A stretch of 64,000 nt of DNA from positions 127,356 to 191,355 of the forward strand of contig CAVZWM010000023.1 in the NCBI GenBank assembly GCA_963778975.1, written 5' to 3'. A program made the position numbers and the translations under genes. Source of the DNA: an uncultured Actinomycetota bacterium. Lineage in GTDB: Bacteria; Actinomycetota; Actinomycetes; Propionibacteriales; Nocardioidaceae. Positions 33,265 through 43,853 of the stretch are shown piece after piece; position 1 is the stretch's first letter; every line of letters begins with the position of its first letter. The notes under the pieces were generated by a model. That model was not told the origin of the DNA, made no database searches, and saw only the letters and a program-made list of their open reading frames with translations.

Positions 33265-34452
33265 TCAGGCCGCTTCGCGGACGATGACCTCGCCGGCGAA
33301 CAGGTCGATGTTGATGGTCATGTCGGGTGCGCCGGCTCCGCCGTCGCGGAACCCGTCGAGATTGACGTCGAAGCCGTCGCGATGCCGGTTGAAGACGCGG
33401 CTGTCGCCGGCCACCACCTCGGTCCGCACCGTGACGTCCACGTCGTCCGGGACGACGACCTCGAGCCGACCGCCGACGCCGTCGATCGAGATGTCGCGTC
33501 CGTCGAGGCCGTCGACGTCCTCGACGCCGGACAGGTCGAGGAAGAGCTCGCCCCCGCCGATGTCGTAGTTCTCTGCCACCTCGTCGGCACTCGACGGGGT
33601 GTACGTGGCCGTGTCCTCGGGGAACTGGTTGCCCAGCGAGGCGCCGGCGGTGGCGATCGCCGCGACGAGGCCCAGCGCGATCAGGCCACCGGCCCGTCCC
33701 CAGAAGGCGCCGACCAGCAGCATCACGGTGATGATGCCGAGCGCCAGGGCGGGGTAGGCGCTGTCCGCCACGTTGGCACCGGCAAGGTCCGCGACGCCGA
33801 GGGCCCCCTCCGCGAGCGCGATCAGGGCCACGGTGAAGAAGAAGAGGACGGGACCGCGCTTGCGCGGGTTGCGGGGCCGACGGGCCCGGGCGTATTCGAC
33901 CGGGGGCAGGTCGTGGGACGGGGCGGCGTAGGGCTGCGCGGCGTACGACGGCTGCGCGAGGTCGTACGTCGTCTCGCCGGCGACAACCGGCGGGGCGGTC
34001 TCACGGCGCTGCTGGCGGTGGAGGAACCAGAGCACCACCGCACCGACGATCGCGAGCGGCCACGGGAACCAGAACGCCCCGGCCCAGTCGCCGACGGCGC
34101 ACAGGAGGGCCAGCACGCCGACTCCGGCGAGGGCCACGGTGCGGCTGCGCTGGTCGAGGCCGAGCGGCTCGTCGTCGGTGCCCTCTTCGGGGACCAGGGC
34201 CCAGGCGCCGATGTAGGCGAGCAGGCCGGCACCGCCGAAGAAGATCGCGACGACGAAGGTGACGCGGAGGATGAGGGGGTCGATGTCGAGGTGTCGGGCC
34301 AGTCCGCCGGCGACGCCGCCGATGTGACGGTCGGTGACGCTGCGGCGCAGGCGCCCCAGGTCCTTCATCTCCTCCCGGGAGACCCGTGGTCCGGGTCCGC
34401 CGGACGGCGGCGTGGGGTGCTCGTTGTCTGCGGCGGGGCTTGCGTTGTCCAT
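33265..34452 (-). CDS. PspC-domain membrane protein with C-terminal LiaF/toastrack-like domain
   Basis: LRRSVTDRHIGGVAGGLARHLDIDPLILR...Y...W PspC motif; C-terminal GELFLDL...GRLEVVVP beta repeats. Confidence 0.85.
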   Translation of the reverse strand: MDNASPAADNEHPTPPSGGPGPRVSREEMKDLGRLRRSVTDRHIGGVAGGLARHLDIDPLILRVTFVVAIFFGGAGLLAYIGAWALVPEEGTDDEPLGLDQRSRTVALAGVGVLALLCAVGDWAGAFWFPWPLAIVGAVVLWFLHRQQRRETAPPVVAGETTYDLAQPSYAAQPYAAPSHDLPPVEYARARRPRNPRKRGPVLFFFTVALIALAEGALGVADLAGANVADSAYPALALGIITVMLLVGAFWGRAGGLIALGLVAAIATAGASLGNQFPEDTATYTPSSADEVAENYDIGGGELFLDLSGVEDVDGLDGRDISIDGVGGRLEVVVPDDVDVTVRTEVVAGDSRVFNRHRDGFDVNLDGFRDGGAGAPDMTINIDLFAGEVIVREAA

Positions 34453-34484
34453 GGCTCCACTCTGCTGCGGTGCGCGGTCGCGCA

Positions 34485-34560
34485 CCATCGGGGACAGCCC
34501 TGAATTGTGCCGCCCCCGACGGGTCCTGGCTCAGGGTCACCTCGGGGTCAGTCCTCATGG
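34485..34560. promoter_or_regulatory. Pair of inversely oriented 19-bp boxes in the divergent pspC/kinase promoter
   Basis: ccatcggggacagccctga (34485-34503) resembles the reverse complement of 34542-34560 (ccatgaggactgaccccga). An extra tcaggg lies at 34531. Confidence 0.5.
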
Positions 34561-34595
34561 TCGCGAAGGCCCCCGCCTGACACCATGGAGACACG

Positions 34596-35885
34596 ATGAC
34601 GCACACCACCACGCCCCTGGCCGGACAACCACGCCGCGCCTTCCGCGACCTCAGTTCGGCGATCGCCGGCGGTGTCGCCTCCGGTCTGGCCGCCCACCTG
34701 GGCGTCCCGGTGCTCTGGGTGCGCGTCTTCTTCGTCTCCACCGCCCTCCTGGGCGGGTTCGGGCTCATGCTCTACGCCGGGTTGTGGATGTTCCTCCCGG
34801 CCGACCAGCGGTTCGAGGTCAGCGCACCGGGGCTGGAGAGCGCGACCCGGACGGGCAAGCGCCCCGGTCGCCGCTCCCGCTTCCGCGACGCGGGCCCGGC
34901 CGTCGCGCTGGGTGCACTGCTCTTCGGTGTCGTCCTGGGCTTCGAGGGGATCTTCGGGCAGGGTGCCCTCTTCTGGCCGGTCGTGCTCGGCGTTGCCGGC
35001 ATCGCGCTGATCTGGCGCCAGGCCGACGAGGCGCAGCGCGAGCGGTGGACCGACTCGACGGGACGCATCGACCCCTTCCGTGCCGTCTTCGGCAACGGTG
35101 GCTGGGCGGCGTACGCCCGCATCGCCGCCGGGCTGGGACTGATCGTCGCCGCGCTCAGCGTGTTCGCGATCGCCGCCAGCGGGGCCACCTTCGCGGTGCC
35201 CGTCCTGGTCGCGGGTCTCCTCGGCATCGCCGGGCTCGCCATCGTGGTGGGCCCGTGGGTGCTGCGACTGATCAACGACCTGAGCGCCGAGCGGGTCGAG
35301 CGGGTACGCACCCAGGAACGCGCCGACATGGCCGCCCACCTCCACGACTCCGTGCTTCAGACCCTGGCCCTCATCCAGAAGAACTCCGGCGACGCGCTCA
35401 CCGTGGCCCGGCTGGCACGCTCGCAGGAGCGCGACCTGCGCCGCTGGCTCTTCGAGGCCGACAGCACCGACGCGACCACGCTGGCCGGTGCACTGAAGGA
35501 GATGGCCGCCGAGGTGGAGGGCCAGCACGCGGTCGTGGTCGACGTGGTGACCGTCGGTGACTGCGAGCTCGACGAAGCGCTGCGCCCGATCGTGCTCGCC
35601 GCGCGCGAGGCCGTCGTCAACGTCGCCAAGCACGCCGGCACCGAGCGGGCCGACGTCTTCGCCGAGACCTCCCCGGGAGGCGTGGACGTCTTCGTCCGCG
35701 ACCGGGGTGCGGGTTTCGCGACGGACGGCGTGGCGGCCGACCGGCACGGCGTACGCAACAGCATCATCGACCGGATGGCCCGCCACGGTGGCAGCGCAGA
35801 CGTACGCTCCTCGCCGGGCGAGGGCACCGAGGTCCGGCTGCACATGCCCCGCACCGCTCGCTCCACCGACGAGGAGAACCGATGA
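34596..35885 (+). CDS. PspC-domain sensor histidine kinase
   Basis: N-terminal PspC motif; H-box AAHLHDSVLQTL; REAVVNVAKH; DRGAGF; GEGTEV. Confidence 0.92.
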   Translation: MTHTTTPLAGQPRRAFRDLSSAIAGGVASGLAAHLGVPVLWVRVFFVSTALLGGFGLMLYAGLWMFLPADQRFEVSAPGLESATRTGKRPGRRSRFRDAGPAVALGALLFGVVLGFEGIFGQGALFWPVVLGVAGIALIWRQADEAQRERWTDSTGRIDPFRAVFGNGGWAAYARIAAGLGLIVAALSVFAIAASGATFAVPVLVAGLLGIAGLAIVVGPWVLRLINDLSAERVERVRTQERADMAAHLHDSVLQTLALIQKNSGDALTVARLARSQERDLRRWLFEADSTDATTLAGALKEMAAEVEGQHAVVVDVVTVGDCELDEALRPIVLAAREAVVNVAKHAGTERADVFAETSPGGVDVFVRDRGAGFATDGVAADRHGVRNSIIDRMARHGGSADVRSSPGEGTEVRLHMPRTARSTDEENR

Positions 35886-36553
35886 ACAGCACCAGCGTCC
35901 CCGACGGGGCACCGGTCCGGGTCGTCCTGGTCGACGACCACGCCATGTTCCGCGCCGGCGTGCGCGCCGAGCTGGCCGCCAGTGGAGCGGGCGTGATCGA
36001 GATCGTCGGCGAGGCCGCCGACGCCGACGCGGCGATCAAGGTGGTCCACGAGCTCCAGCCCCAGGTCGTCCTCCTCGACGTGCACCTCCCCGGCGGTGGC
36101 GGCGTCGAGGTGATGCGGCGCCAGCCGGCGCCCGCTGCGAGCTATCTCGCGCTGTCGGTCTCCGACGCCGCCGAGGACGTCATCGGCACCATCCGCGGCG
36201 GAGCCCGCGGCTACGTCACCAAGACGATCACCGGCCCCGAGCTGGTCGACGCCATCGTCCGGGTCGCCGGGGGAGACGCCGTCTTCTCGCCGCGGCTGGC
36301 GGGCTTCGTGCTCGACGCCTTCGCCGGATCCATCGACGTGGCCGCCGTCGACGAGGACCTCGACCGGCTCACCGAGCGCGAGCGGGAGGTGATGCGGCTG
36401 ATCGCCCGCGGCTATGCCTACAAGGAGGTCGCCAAGGAGCTCTTCATCTCGGTCAAGACGGTGGAGACCCACATGTCCTCGGTGCTCCGCAAGCTGCAGC
36501 TCTCGAGCCGCCACGAGCTCACCCGGTGGGCCTCGGACCGCAAGCTCCTCTGA
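35882..36553 (+). CDS. NarL/LuxR-family response regulator
   Basis: VDDH, LLDVHLP and GYVTK receiver motifs; LTERE...ISVKTVETH HTH. Confidence 0.95.
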   Translation: MNSTSVPDGAPVRVVLVDDHAMFRAGVRAELAASGAGVIEIVGEAADADAAIKVVHELQPQVVLLDVHLPGGGGVEVMRRQPAPAASYLALSVSDAAEDVIGTIRGGARGYVTKTITGPELVDAIVRVAGGDAVFSPRLAGFVLDAFAGSIDVAAVDEDLDRLTEREREVMRLIARGYAYKEVAKELFISVKTVETHMSSVLRKLQLSSRHELTRWASDRKLL

Positions 36554-36653
36554 AGGCAAACCTCCCCCCGTCCGGGTGGGCAATGATTGACAACGCTTCA
36601 TGGACACGCTGGGGTCGGGGCACCAAACTCCACTCGGAAGTGAGGGCCGCCCC

Positions 36654-38081
36654 GTGGCCGACACCACAGCAACAGTCCCCGAGACCGCTGACGACGACGG
36701 CGGCCTCAAGAGATCGATCACCGGGGTACAGCTGTTCTTCTACACCCTCGGTGACGTCCTCGGCTCCGGCATCTACGTGCTCATCGGGCTGGTCGCCGCG
36801 GCGGTCGGCGGGGCGTTCTGGATCGCCTTCGCCGCCGGCGTCACGGTCGCGGCCATCACGGGATCGGCGTACGCCGAGCTGGTGACGAAGTACCCCCAGG
36901 CCGCGGGCTCCTCGCTCTACGTCCAGAAGGCCTTCGGCAACAAGGCGCTCACCTTCCTGGTCACCGTGTCCTTCCTCGCCGCGAGCTTCGCGGCGATCGG
37001 CTCGCTCGCGAGCGGGCTTCGCGTCGTACTTCTCCGAGCTCTTCGACGGCGGCGGACCGCCGGCGCTGCTCGTGTCGCTCGTCTTCGTCGCCGTCCTGGT
37101 CCTGATCAACTACATCGGCATCACCGAGTCGGTGGTGATGAACATGCTGATGACCTTCGTCGAGCTCAGCGGGCTGATCATCGTCATCATCATCGCCATC
37201 TACTACGTCGCCCAGGGCAAGGCCGACTTCGGGACGCTCACCGACATCAGCGTCTCGGGCAACCCCGGCGCTGGCGGTCCTCGCGGGCGTGGCGCTCTCC
37301 TTCTTCGCGATGACCGGCTTCGAGAACACCGCCAACGTGGCGGAGGAGACCATCGACCCGTACAAGGCGTTCCCGCGCTCCCTCGTCGGCGGCATGATCG
37401 TCGCGGGCATCGTCTACGTGCTGGTCTCGATGGCGGCGGCCCTGACGGTGCCGACCGACCAGCTCGCCGGGTCCGACGTCGGCGCTGCTCGAGGTGGTCA
37501 AGCAGGGGATCCTGCCCTTCTCCACGGACCTGATGACGACGATCTTCACGATCATCGCGCTCGTCGCCATCACCAACACCACCCTGGTCACCCTCGTGAC
37601 GCAGCCGCGCATCCTCTACGGCATGGCGCGCGAGGACGTGGTGCCGGGCGTGTTCGCCAAGATCCACCCGACCCGGCGCAGCCCGTGGGTCGGCCTGCTG
37701 TTCAGCGGACTGGTGGTGGGCGGCCTGCTCGTCACCGGCACCCTGGTCACGCAGGCGGGCGGCGGCCTCGACGTGGTCGACCGGCTGGCGCTGGTCACCG
37801 TGGTCTTCCTCCTGGCGATCTACGCGCTCGTGATCGTGACCTGCCTCAAGCTGCGCGGCCAGGACGAGGACGAGCGAGCGTTCCGGGCCAACACGCCGCT
37901 GCTCGTCGTGGGACTGGTCGGCAACCTCGCCATCCTCTACTACGTGATCTACGACGACCCGACGTCGTTGCTCTGGTGCGCCGGCCTCCTCGCCGTGGGT
38001 GTCGTGCTGTACGTCGCCGAGAAGCTCTTCGGCAGCGGCGGCACCGGCTCGACGGCTCCGGCACTCGAGAAGGAGATCTGA
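36654..38081 (+). CDS. APC-family amino acid permease (frameshifts near 37015, 37268 and 37480)
   Basis: GDVLGSGIY, YAELVTKYP.AAG, FFAMTGFE...AEE and RILYGMARE across frames. Confidence 0.88.
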
Positions 38082-38082
38082 C

Positions 38083-38556
38083 ATGCACGTCATCGTCGCC
38101 ACGGACGGGTCCAAGCAGTCGCTGGCCGCCGCCAAGCAGCTCAAGGCGTTCGCCGACCCCGCCAAGATCACCGAGATCTCCGTCGTCGCGGTGATGCGCC
38201 CGCTCGCCTCCGTCGCCTTCGCCGACGACCTGTCGGACCACCCGGCCAGGAAGGGCGAGTGGGAGTCCGCCTCGTTCCGCGACGCCGCGGAGAGTGCGGT
38301 GTCGACCATCGCCGCGGTCTACGAGGGGTGGGGTCCCAAGGTCAACAAGCGGATCCGAAGCGGGTCGGCGGCCAACGAGATCATCAAGGCCGCCAAGCAG
38401 TACGACGCCGGGCTGGTCGTGGTGGCCGCTGGCGGTCGGGGCCTCAGCGACAGCGTGCTCGTGGGCAGCACCGCCCAGCGCGTCCAGCACTACGCGCCGT
38501 GCCCGGTCCTCGTCGTACGTCCGGCGCCGCGCGCCAAGAAGACCCGCAAGAACTGA
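38083..38556 (+). CDS. Universal stress protein
   Basis: IVATDGS...GSAANEI...VGSTAQRVQHYAPCPVLVVR. Confidence 0.92.
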   Translation: MHVIVATDGSKQSLAAAKQLKAFADPAKITEISVVAVMRPLASVAFADDLSDHPARKGEWESASFRDAAESAVSTIAAVYEGWGPKVNKRIRSGSAANEIIKAAKQYDAGLVVVAAGGRGLSDSVLVGSTAQRVQHYAPCPVLVVRPAPRAKKTRKN

Positions 38557-38584
38557 GGGCGCGCGCCGCCACTAGGGTGCGCGC

Positions 38585-38941
38585 ATGGAGATCCTGCGGC
38601 TGGTCCTGCTCTTCGTGCACATCCTCGGCTTCGCCGCGCTCATCGGTGGGCTGCTGGTGCAGGTGCGCGAGCCGCAGAAGTCGGTCAACGCCGCGATGCG
38701 CGACGGCGCCGGCCTCGCGTTCCTCGCCGGCCTGCTGCTGGTCGGCGTGCTCGAGGCGGGGGACGGCGACGTCGACCACGCCAAGATCGGCGTGAAGTTC
38801 GCCGTGGGCCTCGTCATCCTGGTGCTGGTCATGGCCAACACCCGCAAGCCGAGCATCCCGCAGGGCCTCTACCTCGGGCTCCTGGCGTTGAGCGTGCTCA
38901 ACGTCGGGCTGGCGGTCTTCTGGTCGCCCACGCACGCGTGA
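38585..38941 (+). CDS. Small 4-TM integral membrane protein
   Basis: 118 aa, four hydrophobic segments; HILG and HAKIGVK motifs; TAGGGT -10 just upstream. Confidence 0.8.
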   Translation: MEILRLVLLFVHILGFAALIGGLLVQVREPQKSVNAAMRDGAGLAFLAGLLLVGVLEAGDGDVDHAKIGVKFAVGLVILVLVMANTRKPSIPQGLYLGLLALSVLNVGLAVFWSPTHA

Positions 38942-38998
38942 CCCGGGGGCTCACCTGACGGCTCGGCTGTCCCCGGTGGGCCGTAGGCTGGCGGGGAG

Positions 38999-41413
38999 AT
39001 GAGCACCCCTTTCACACTGCCCGGACTCGAGGACATCGGCGGCCGCGGCGACACCGCTGCCGCCCGCAGCGGCCCGACGCGCGAGGAGCTCCTCGAGGGG
39101 CTCAACGAGCCCCAGCGCGCCGCCGTCATGCACGCCGGTCCGCCGCTCCTGGTGGTCGCCGGCGCGGGCTCGGGCAAGACCCGGGTGCTGACCCGCCGGA
39201 TCGCCTGGCTGATCACCGAGCGCCGGGCCCACCCCGGGTCGATCCTGGCCATCACCTTCACCAACAAGGCCGCGGCCGAGATGAAGGAGCGCGTCGAGCA
39301 CCTGGTCGGCAGGCGAGCCCGGATCATGTGGGTCTCCACCTTCCACTCCTCCTGCGTGCGCATCCTGCGCAAGGAGATCGACCGGGTGGGTCTCAAGTCC
39401 AACTTCTCGATCTATGACGCGGCCGACTCCAAGCGGCTGATGACGCTGGTGCTGCGAGACCTCGAGCTCGACCCCAAGAAATACCAGCCCAACGCGGTCC
39501 TCCACTGGGTCTCCGACCACAAGAACGAGCTGCGCGACCCCGAGGACGCGACCAAGGACGCCAAGAACGGCTTCGAGGAGACCTACGCCTCGGCCTACAC
39601 CCACTACCAACGCCGCCTGCGTGACGCCAACGCCCTCGACTTCGACGACCTGATCATGACCACGGTGCACCTGCTCCAGGCGTTCCCCGACGTGCGCGAG
39701 CTCTACCGTCGCCGCTTCCGCCACGTGCTGGTGGACGAGTACCAGGACACCAACCACGCTCAATACAGCCTGATCCAGCAGCTGTGCGGTCGGTCGTTCG
39801 AGGAGAACGACGCCGAGCAGGTGGAGCCGAGCGAGCTGATGGTGGTGGGTGACGCCGACCAGTCGATCTATGCCTTCCGCGGCGCCGACATCCGCAACAT
39901 CATGGACTTCGAGCAGGACTTCCCCGACGCCACGACGATCCTGCTGGAGCAGAACTACCGCTCGACGCAGACCATCCTCAACGCCGCCAACTCGGTGATC
40001 GGCAACAACCGGAGTCGCAAGCCCAAGCGGCTCTGGTCGGATGCCGGCGACGGGGAGCGGATCGTGGGCTACGTCGCCGACGACGAGCACGACGAGGCAC
40101 GCTTCGTCAGCGAGGAGATCGACCGCCTCGTCGACAAGGACGGCGTACGCCCCGCGGACGTCGCGGTGTTCTACCGCACCAATGCCCAGTCGCGTGTCTT
40201 CGAAGAGGTGTTCATCCGCACCGGCCAGCCCTACAAGGTCGTCGGGGGAGTCCGCTTCTACGAGCGTCGAGAGGTCCGCGACGCCCTGGCCTACCTGCGG
40301 ATGCTGGTCAACACCGCCGACGAGATCTCCCTGCGCCGGGTGCTCAACACCCCCAAGCGCGGGATCGGCGACCGGGCCGAGGCCTGCATCGCCGCCCTGG
40401 CCGACCGCGACCGGATCACGTTCTGGGAGGCGCTGGTCAAGGCCGAGCAGGCTCCCGGACTGGCCACGCGCAGCCTCAAGAACATCCTCGGCTTCGTCGC
40501 GATGGTGCAGGAGCTCCAGTCGATGGTCGCTGCCGCCGAGCGCCCCGACGTGATCCTGGAGTCGGTGCTGGAGCGCTCGGGCTACCTCGCCGAGCTCGAG
40601 GCCAGCGACGACCCGCAGGACGACACCCGGGTGGAGAACCTCGCCGAGCTGGTCGCGGTCGCCCGCGAGTTCGCCGAGGACCCCCAGCCCGGTCCGAGCG
40701 CGGATCCCGCCGACATCGAGGCCGGCACCGTCGCGGTCGGGCTCGGCGACTTCCTCGAGCGGGTGGCCCTGGTGGCCGACGCCGACCAGATCCCGGACTC
40801 CCCGGACGGCGACGACTCGGGCGTCGTGACCCTGATGACCCTTCACACCGCCAAGGGCCTGGAGTTCCCCGTCGTGTTCCTCAGCGGGCTCGAGGACGGC
40901 GTCTTCCCCCACCAGCGCTCGCTGGGCGACCAGCCCGAGCTGGAGGAGGAGCGTCGCCTGGCCTACGTCGGCGTGACCCGTGCCCAGCAGCGCCTCTACG
41001 TCTCCCGGGCCATGGTCCGGTCGGCGTGGGGCGCGCCCAGCCACAACCCCGCCAGCCGTTTCCTCGACGAGCTGCCGGTCGACCTCGTCGACTGGCGTCG
41101 TACGGCCGCCGAGCAGACGCGCTGGGGTCGACCCGACCTCACCTCGCAGTCCACCCGCCTCGGCTCACCGACCGCAGCCGGGCGTCGCAACTTCACCTCG
41201 GCCGCGATGCGCGCCGACGCGGCGTCCAAGGCCAAGCCCGCGCGCGAGATCCCCAGCCTGGCGCCGGGGGACCGGGTCGTGCACGACTCGTTCGGGATGG
41301 GCACCGTCGTGGCCGTCGACGGTGTCGCGGAGAAGTCCGTGGCGTCGATCGACTTCGGGTCCGACGGCGTCAAGCGGCTGCTGCTGCGCTACGCGCCGGT
41401 CGAGAAGCTCTGA
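38999..41413 (+). CDS. pcrA: ATP-dependent DNA helicase PcrA/UvrD1
   Basis: AGAGSGKT, TFTNKAA, VDEYQD, GDADQSIY, LEQNYRS, TLHTAKGLEF and EEERRLAYV motifs; C-terminal Tudor-like domain. Confidence 0.97.
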   Translation: MSTPFTLPGLEDIGGRGDTAAARSGPTREELLEGLNEPQRAAVMHAGPPLLVVAGAGSGKTRVLTRRIAWLITERRAHPGSILAITFTNKAAAEMKERVEHLVGRRARIMWVSTFHSSCVRILRKEIDRVGLKSNFSIYDAADSKRLMTLVLRDLELDPKKYQPNAVLHWVSDHKNELRDPEDATKDAKNGFEETYASAYTHYQRRLRDANALDFDDLIMTTVHLLQAFPDVRELYRRRFRHVLVDEYQDTNHAQYSLIQQLCGRSFEENDAEQVEPSELMVVGDADQSIYAFRGADIRNIMDFEQDFPDATTILLEQNYRSTQTILNAANSVIGNNRSRKPKRLWSDAGDGERIVGYVADDEHDEARFVSEEIDRLVDKDGVRPADVAVFYRTNAQSRVFEEVFIRTGQPYKVVGGVRFYERREVRDALAYLRMLVNTADEISLRRVLNTPKRGIGDRAEACIAALADRDRITFWEALVKAEQAPGLATRSLKNILGFVAMVQELQSMVAAAERPDVILESVLERSGYLAELEASDDPQDDTRVENLAELVAVAREFAEDPQPGPSADPADIEAGTVAVGLGDFLERVALVADADQIPDSPDGDDSGVVTLMTLHTAKGLEFPVVFLSGLEDGVFPHQRSLGDQPELEEERRLAYVGVTRAQQRLYVSRAMVRSAWGAPSHNPASRFLDELPVDLVDWRRTAAEQTRWGRPDLTSQSTRLGSPTAAGRRNFTSAAMRADAASKAKPAREIPSLAPGDRVVHDSFGMGTVVAVDGVAEKSVASIDFGSDGVKRLLLRYAPVEKL

Positions 41414-41441
41414 GGCTTCTCCTGAGCGGTGAGTGGCTGGA

Positions 41442-42266
41442 TCAGGGGACGATGCCGTGGTCGACGAAGGCGTCGAACGGGTTGACCGGGCCACCGCCGC
41501 CGGGGCGGACCTCGAGGTGGAGGTGCGAGCCGGTCACGTTGCCGGTCGCGCCGACGGTGCCGATGACCTCGCCGCCGCGGACGGTGTCGCCCACGCTGAC
41601 ATAGATCGAGGTCTGGTGGCAGAACCAGATCTCGGTGCCGTCGTCCAGGGTCACCACGGTCTTGTTGCCGTAGGCGCCGTCGTAGCCGGTCTGGGTGACC
41701 GTGCCGTTGGCGACGGCCATGATCGAGTCACCGGAGTTGCCGTTGAAGTCCAGGCCGGTGTGATAGCTGGCCCAGAGGCCGTACTGGCCGAACGTCGCGG
41801 TGATGGAGTAGCTGGCGAGGGGGAGAACCCACTTGTTCTCCTTGATCTTCGCGGCCTGCTTCTCCGCGGCCTGGCGCATCTCGGCCAGCTTGGCCTCACG
41901 CTCGGCCATCTGCTTCTCGGCGAGGGCGACCAGCTCGGGGTCGGTCTCCTCGTCGCCCGCGCTGCGCGTGGCGTCACGGCTGACGATCTCGCCGCGGCGG
42001 GAGAGGGCGTCGCTGGCGGTGGCGCCGATGGTGCCGGCGGCGCTGATCGAGGCGCCCGAGGGCGCCATGTCCGACATGTCCGCCCCGGCGGCCGTCACCG
42101 CACCGCCCGCGGAGATCGCGAGGACGGCCAGGCCCGCGACGAGCGGGACGGAGGGGAGGCTGCGGACCAACGATCGACGCTGCGGCGTGCTGGCACGTCG
42201 CTTTCCGAGCGGGGGTGCTGCTGCCGAGGTGCGCCCGGTGGGGCGCTGCGCTCGGTGGTTGCCCAT
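41442..42266 (-). CDS. M23 family metallopeptidase (cell-wall endopeptidase)
   Basis: TM anchor, coiled coil, HTGLD, YGN and GNVTGSHLHLE motifs. Confidence 0.92.
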   Translation of the reverse strand: MGNHRAQRPTGRTSAAAPPLGKRRASTPQRRSLVRSLPSVPLVAGLAVLAISAGGAVTAAGADMSDMAPSGASISAAGTIGATASDALSRRGEIVSRDATRSAGDEETDPELVALAEKQMAEREAKLAEMRQAAEKQAAKIKENKWVLPLASYSITATFGQYGLWASYHTGLDFNGNSGDSIMAVANGTVTQTGYDGAYGNKTVVTLDDGTEIWFCHQTSIYVSVGDTVRGGEVIGTVGATGNVTGSHLHLEVRPGGGGPVNPFDAFVDHGIVP

Positions 42267-42322
42267 GAAGAAGTTACCAATCTGCCGGGTCAGGGGGGTG
42301 GTCGGCAAGACCGCGCCCGACT

Positions 42323-42338
42323 GTAACGGAAAGGTCAC
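42323..42338. promoter_or_regulatory. GTnAC-N6-GTnAC box (MtrA/GlnR-type) upstream of the M23 gene
   Basis: GTAAC-ggaaag-GTCAC. Confidence 0.55.
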
Positions 42339-42373
42339 GGGTTTGTGCAACCCTCGGCGAAATTGCCTGTGGA

Positions 42374-43727
42374 TCACGCTCGAGGTTCTCGGGCGACACG
42401 GTAGCGCTCGAGCGACTCCACCCGTTCGGCGGCATGGTCGACGATGCGGAGAGGGTAGTCCTGCTCGTAGCCGACGTCGAACTTCCACGGCTCGTGGGCC
42501 GCGGCGCCGGGCAGGTGGTCGAGCTCGGGCACCCAGCGGCGTACGTAGTCACCGTCGGGGTCGAACTTCACGCCCTGGGTGATCGGGTTGAAGACGCGGA
42601 AGTAGGGCGAGGCGTCGGTGCCGGTGCCGGCCACCCACTGCCAGCCGTGGTTGTTGGACGCGACGTCGCCGTCGATGAGCAGGTCGAGGAAGTGCCGCGC
42701 GCCGACCGGCCACCAGACGTGGAGGTCCTTGGTCAGGAAGGAGGCGGTGATCATCCGCACCCGGTTGTGCATCCAGCCCTCGTGGATCAGCTGGCGCATC
42801 CCGGCGTCGACGATCGGGAAGCCGGTGGTGCCGGTGCGCCAGGCGTCGATCGCGTCGTCGGGCTCGTCGTAGCGCATCGCGCCCAGCGCCGGCTTGAGGT
42901 CCTCCCAGGCCGAGTCGGGGGAGTGCCACAGCACGTCGGCGTAGAACTCGCGCCAGGCGAGCTCGGTCTCGAAGCGGGACGTGCCGCGGGCCGTCGCCGA
43001 GCTCGGCGAGCAGGGAGCGCGGGTGTACGACGCCGAGGTGGAGGTAGGGCGAGAGACGTGACGTGGCGTCCAGGGCGGGGGCGTCGCGGTCCTTCGCGTA
43101 GCCCTCCAGCAGGTCGTCGCGGAAGTGCCGCCAGCGCCGCCACGCGGCGTCCTCGCCGGCGGTCGGCATGCCCTCGGGGGCGGCGGACAGGGCACCGTCC
43201 AGCAGGGTGGTCGCCCGCTGGTGGGAGTCGAGGGTGAGCAGGTCGGGGGTACGGGGGGTCGGCGCGGGCTGCGGCCAGCCGTGCTCGCGCCAGGCCCGGG
43301 AGAAGGGCGTGAAGACCTGGTAGGGAGCGCCCGAGCCGTTGAGCACCAGCCCGGGGCCGACGGCGTACGGCGACCCGGTGGCGACCAGCGGCACCTCGCC
43401 CAGCGCCTTCGTGACGCGCGCGTCGCGCCGGCGGCCGTACGGCGTGGTCTCGGCGGAGACGTGCACGGCGGTCGCGTCGACCTCGGTCGCCACGCGGGGC
43501 ACCACCTCGGCCGGGTCGCCGTGGCGGACGACCAGCCGCCCGTCGAGTCGCTCGTCGAGGGCGCGGAGGTTCGCCGCCAGCCAGGCCCGCCGCGCGTCGC
43601 CGGCGCCGTCCCACAGGCGCGGGTCGACGACGAACAGGGCCAGCGAGGGGCCGTCGTCGAGGGCGGCGCGCAGGGCGGGGTTGTCGCGCACGCGCAGGTC
43701 GCGCCGGAACCACATCACCGAGGGCAT
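42374..43727 (-). CDS. phr: Deoxyribodipyrimidine photolyase (frameshift near 42980)
   Basis: WFRRDLRVRDNPAL, YQVFTPF, TSRLSPYLHLG, WREF, GTTGFPIVDAGMRQL...WMHNRVRM and NNHGWQW motifs. Confidence 0.93.
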
Positions 43728-43853
43728 GCCCGCCAACGTAGCCCGGGGTGACCAGCACCACGCCAACCCGAACTCGTGCGAGCCCCGCGACAGGTCTAGG
43801 GTGCCGAGAGGAAATCCCGCGCACTGTTGCAGACGAAAAGGACTGGGTACGCC

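Noticed and set aside
42267-42373. c-di-AMP (ydaO) riboswitch expected before an M23 gene
   Set aside because: The leader is short and lacks the GCCGAAUCC/GGAACC motifs.
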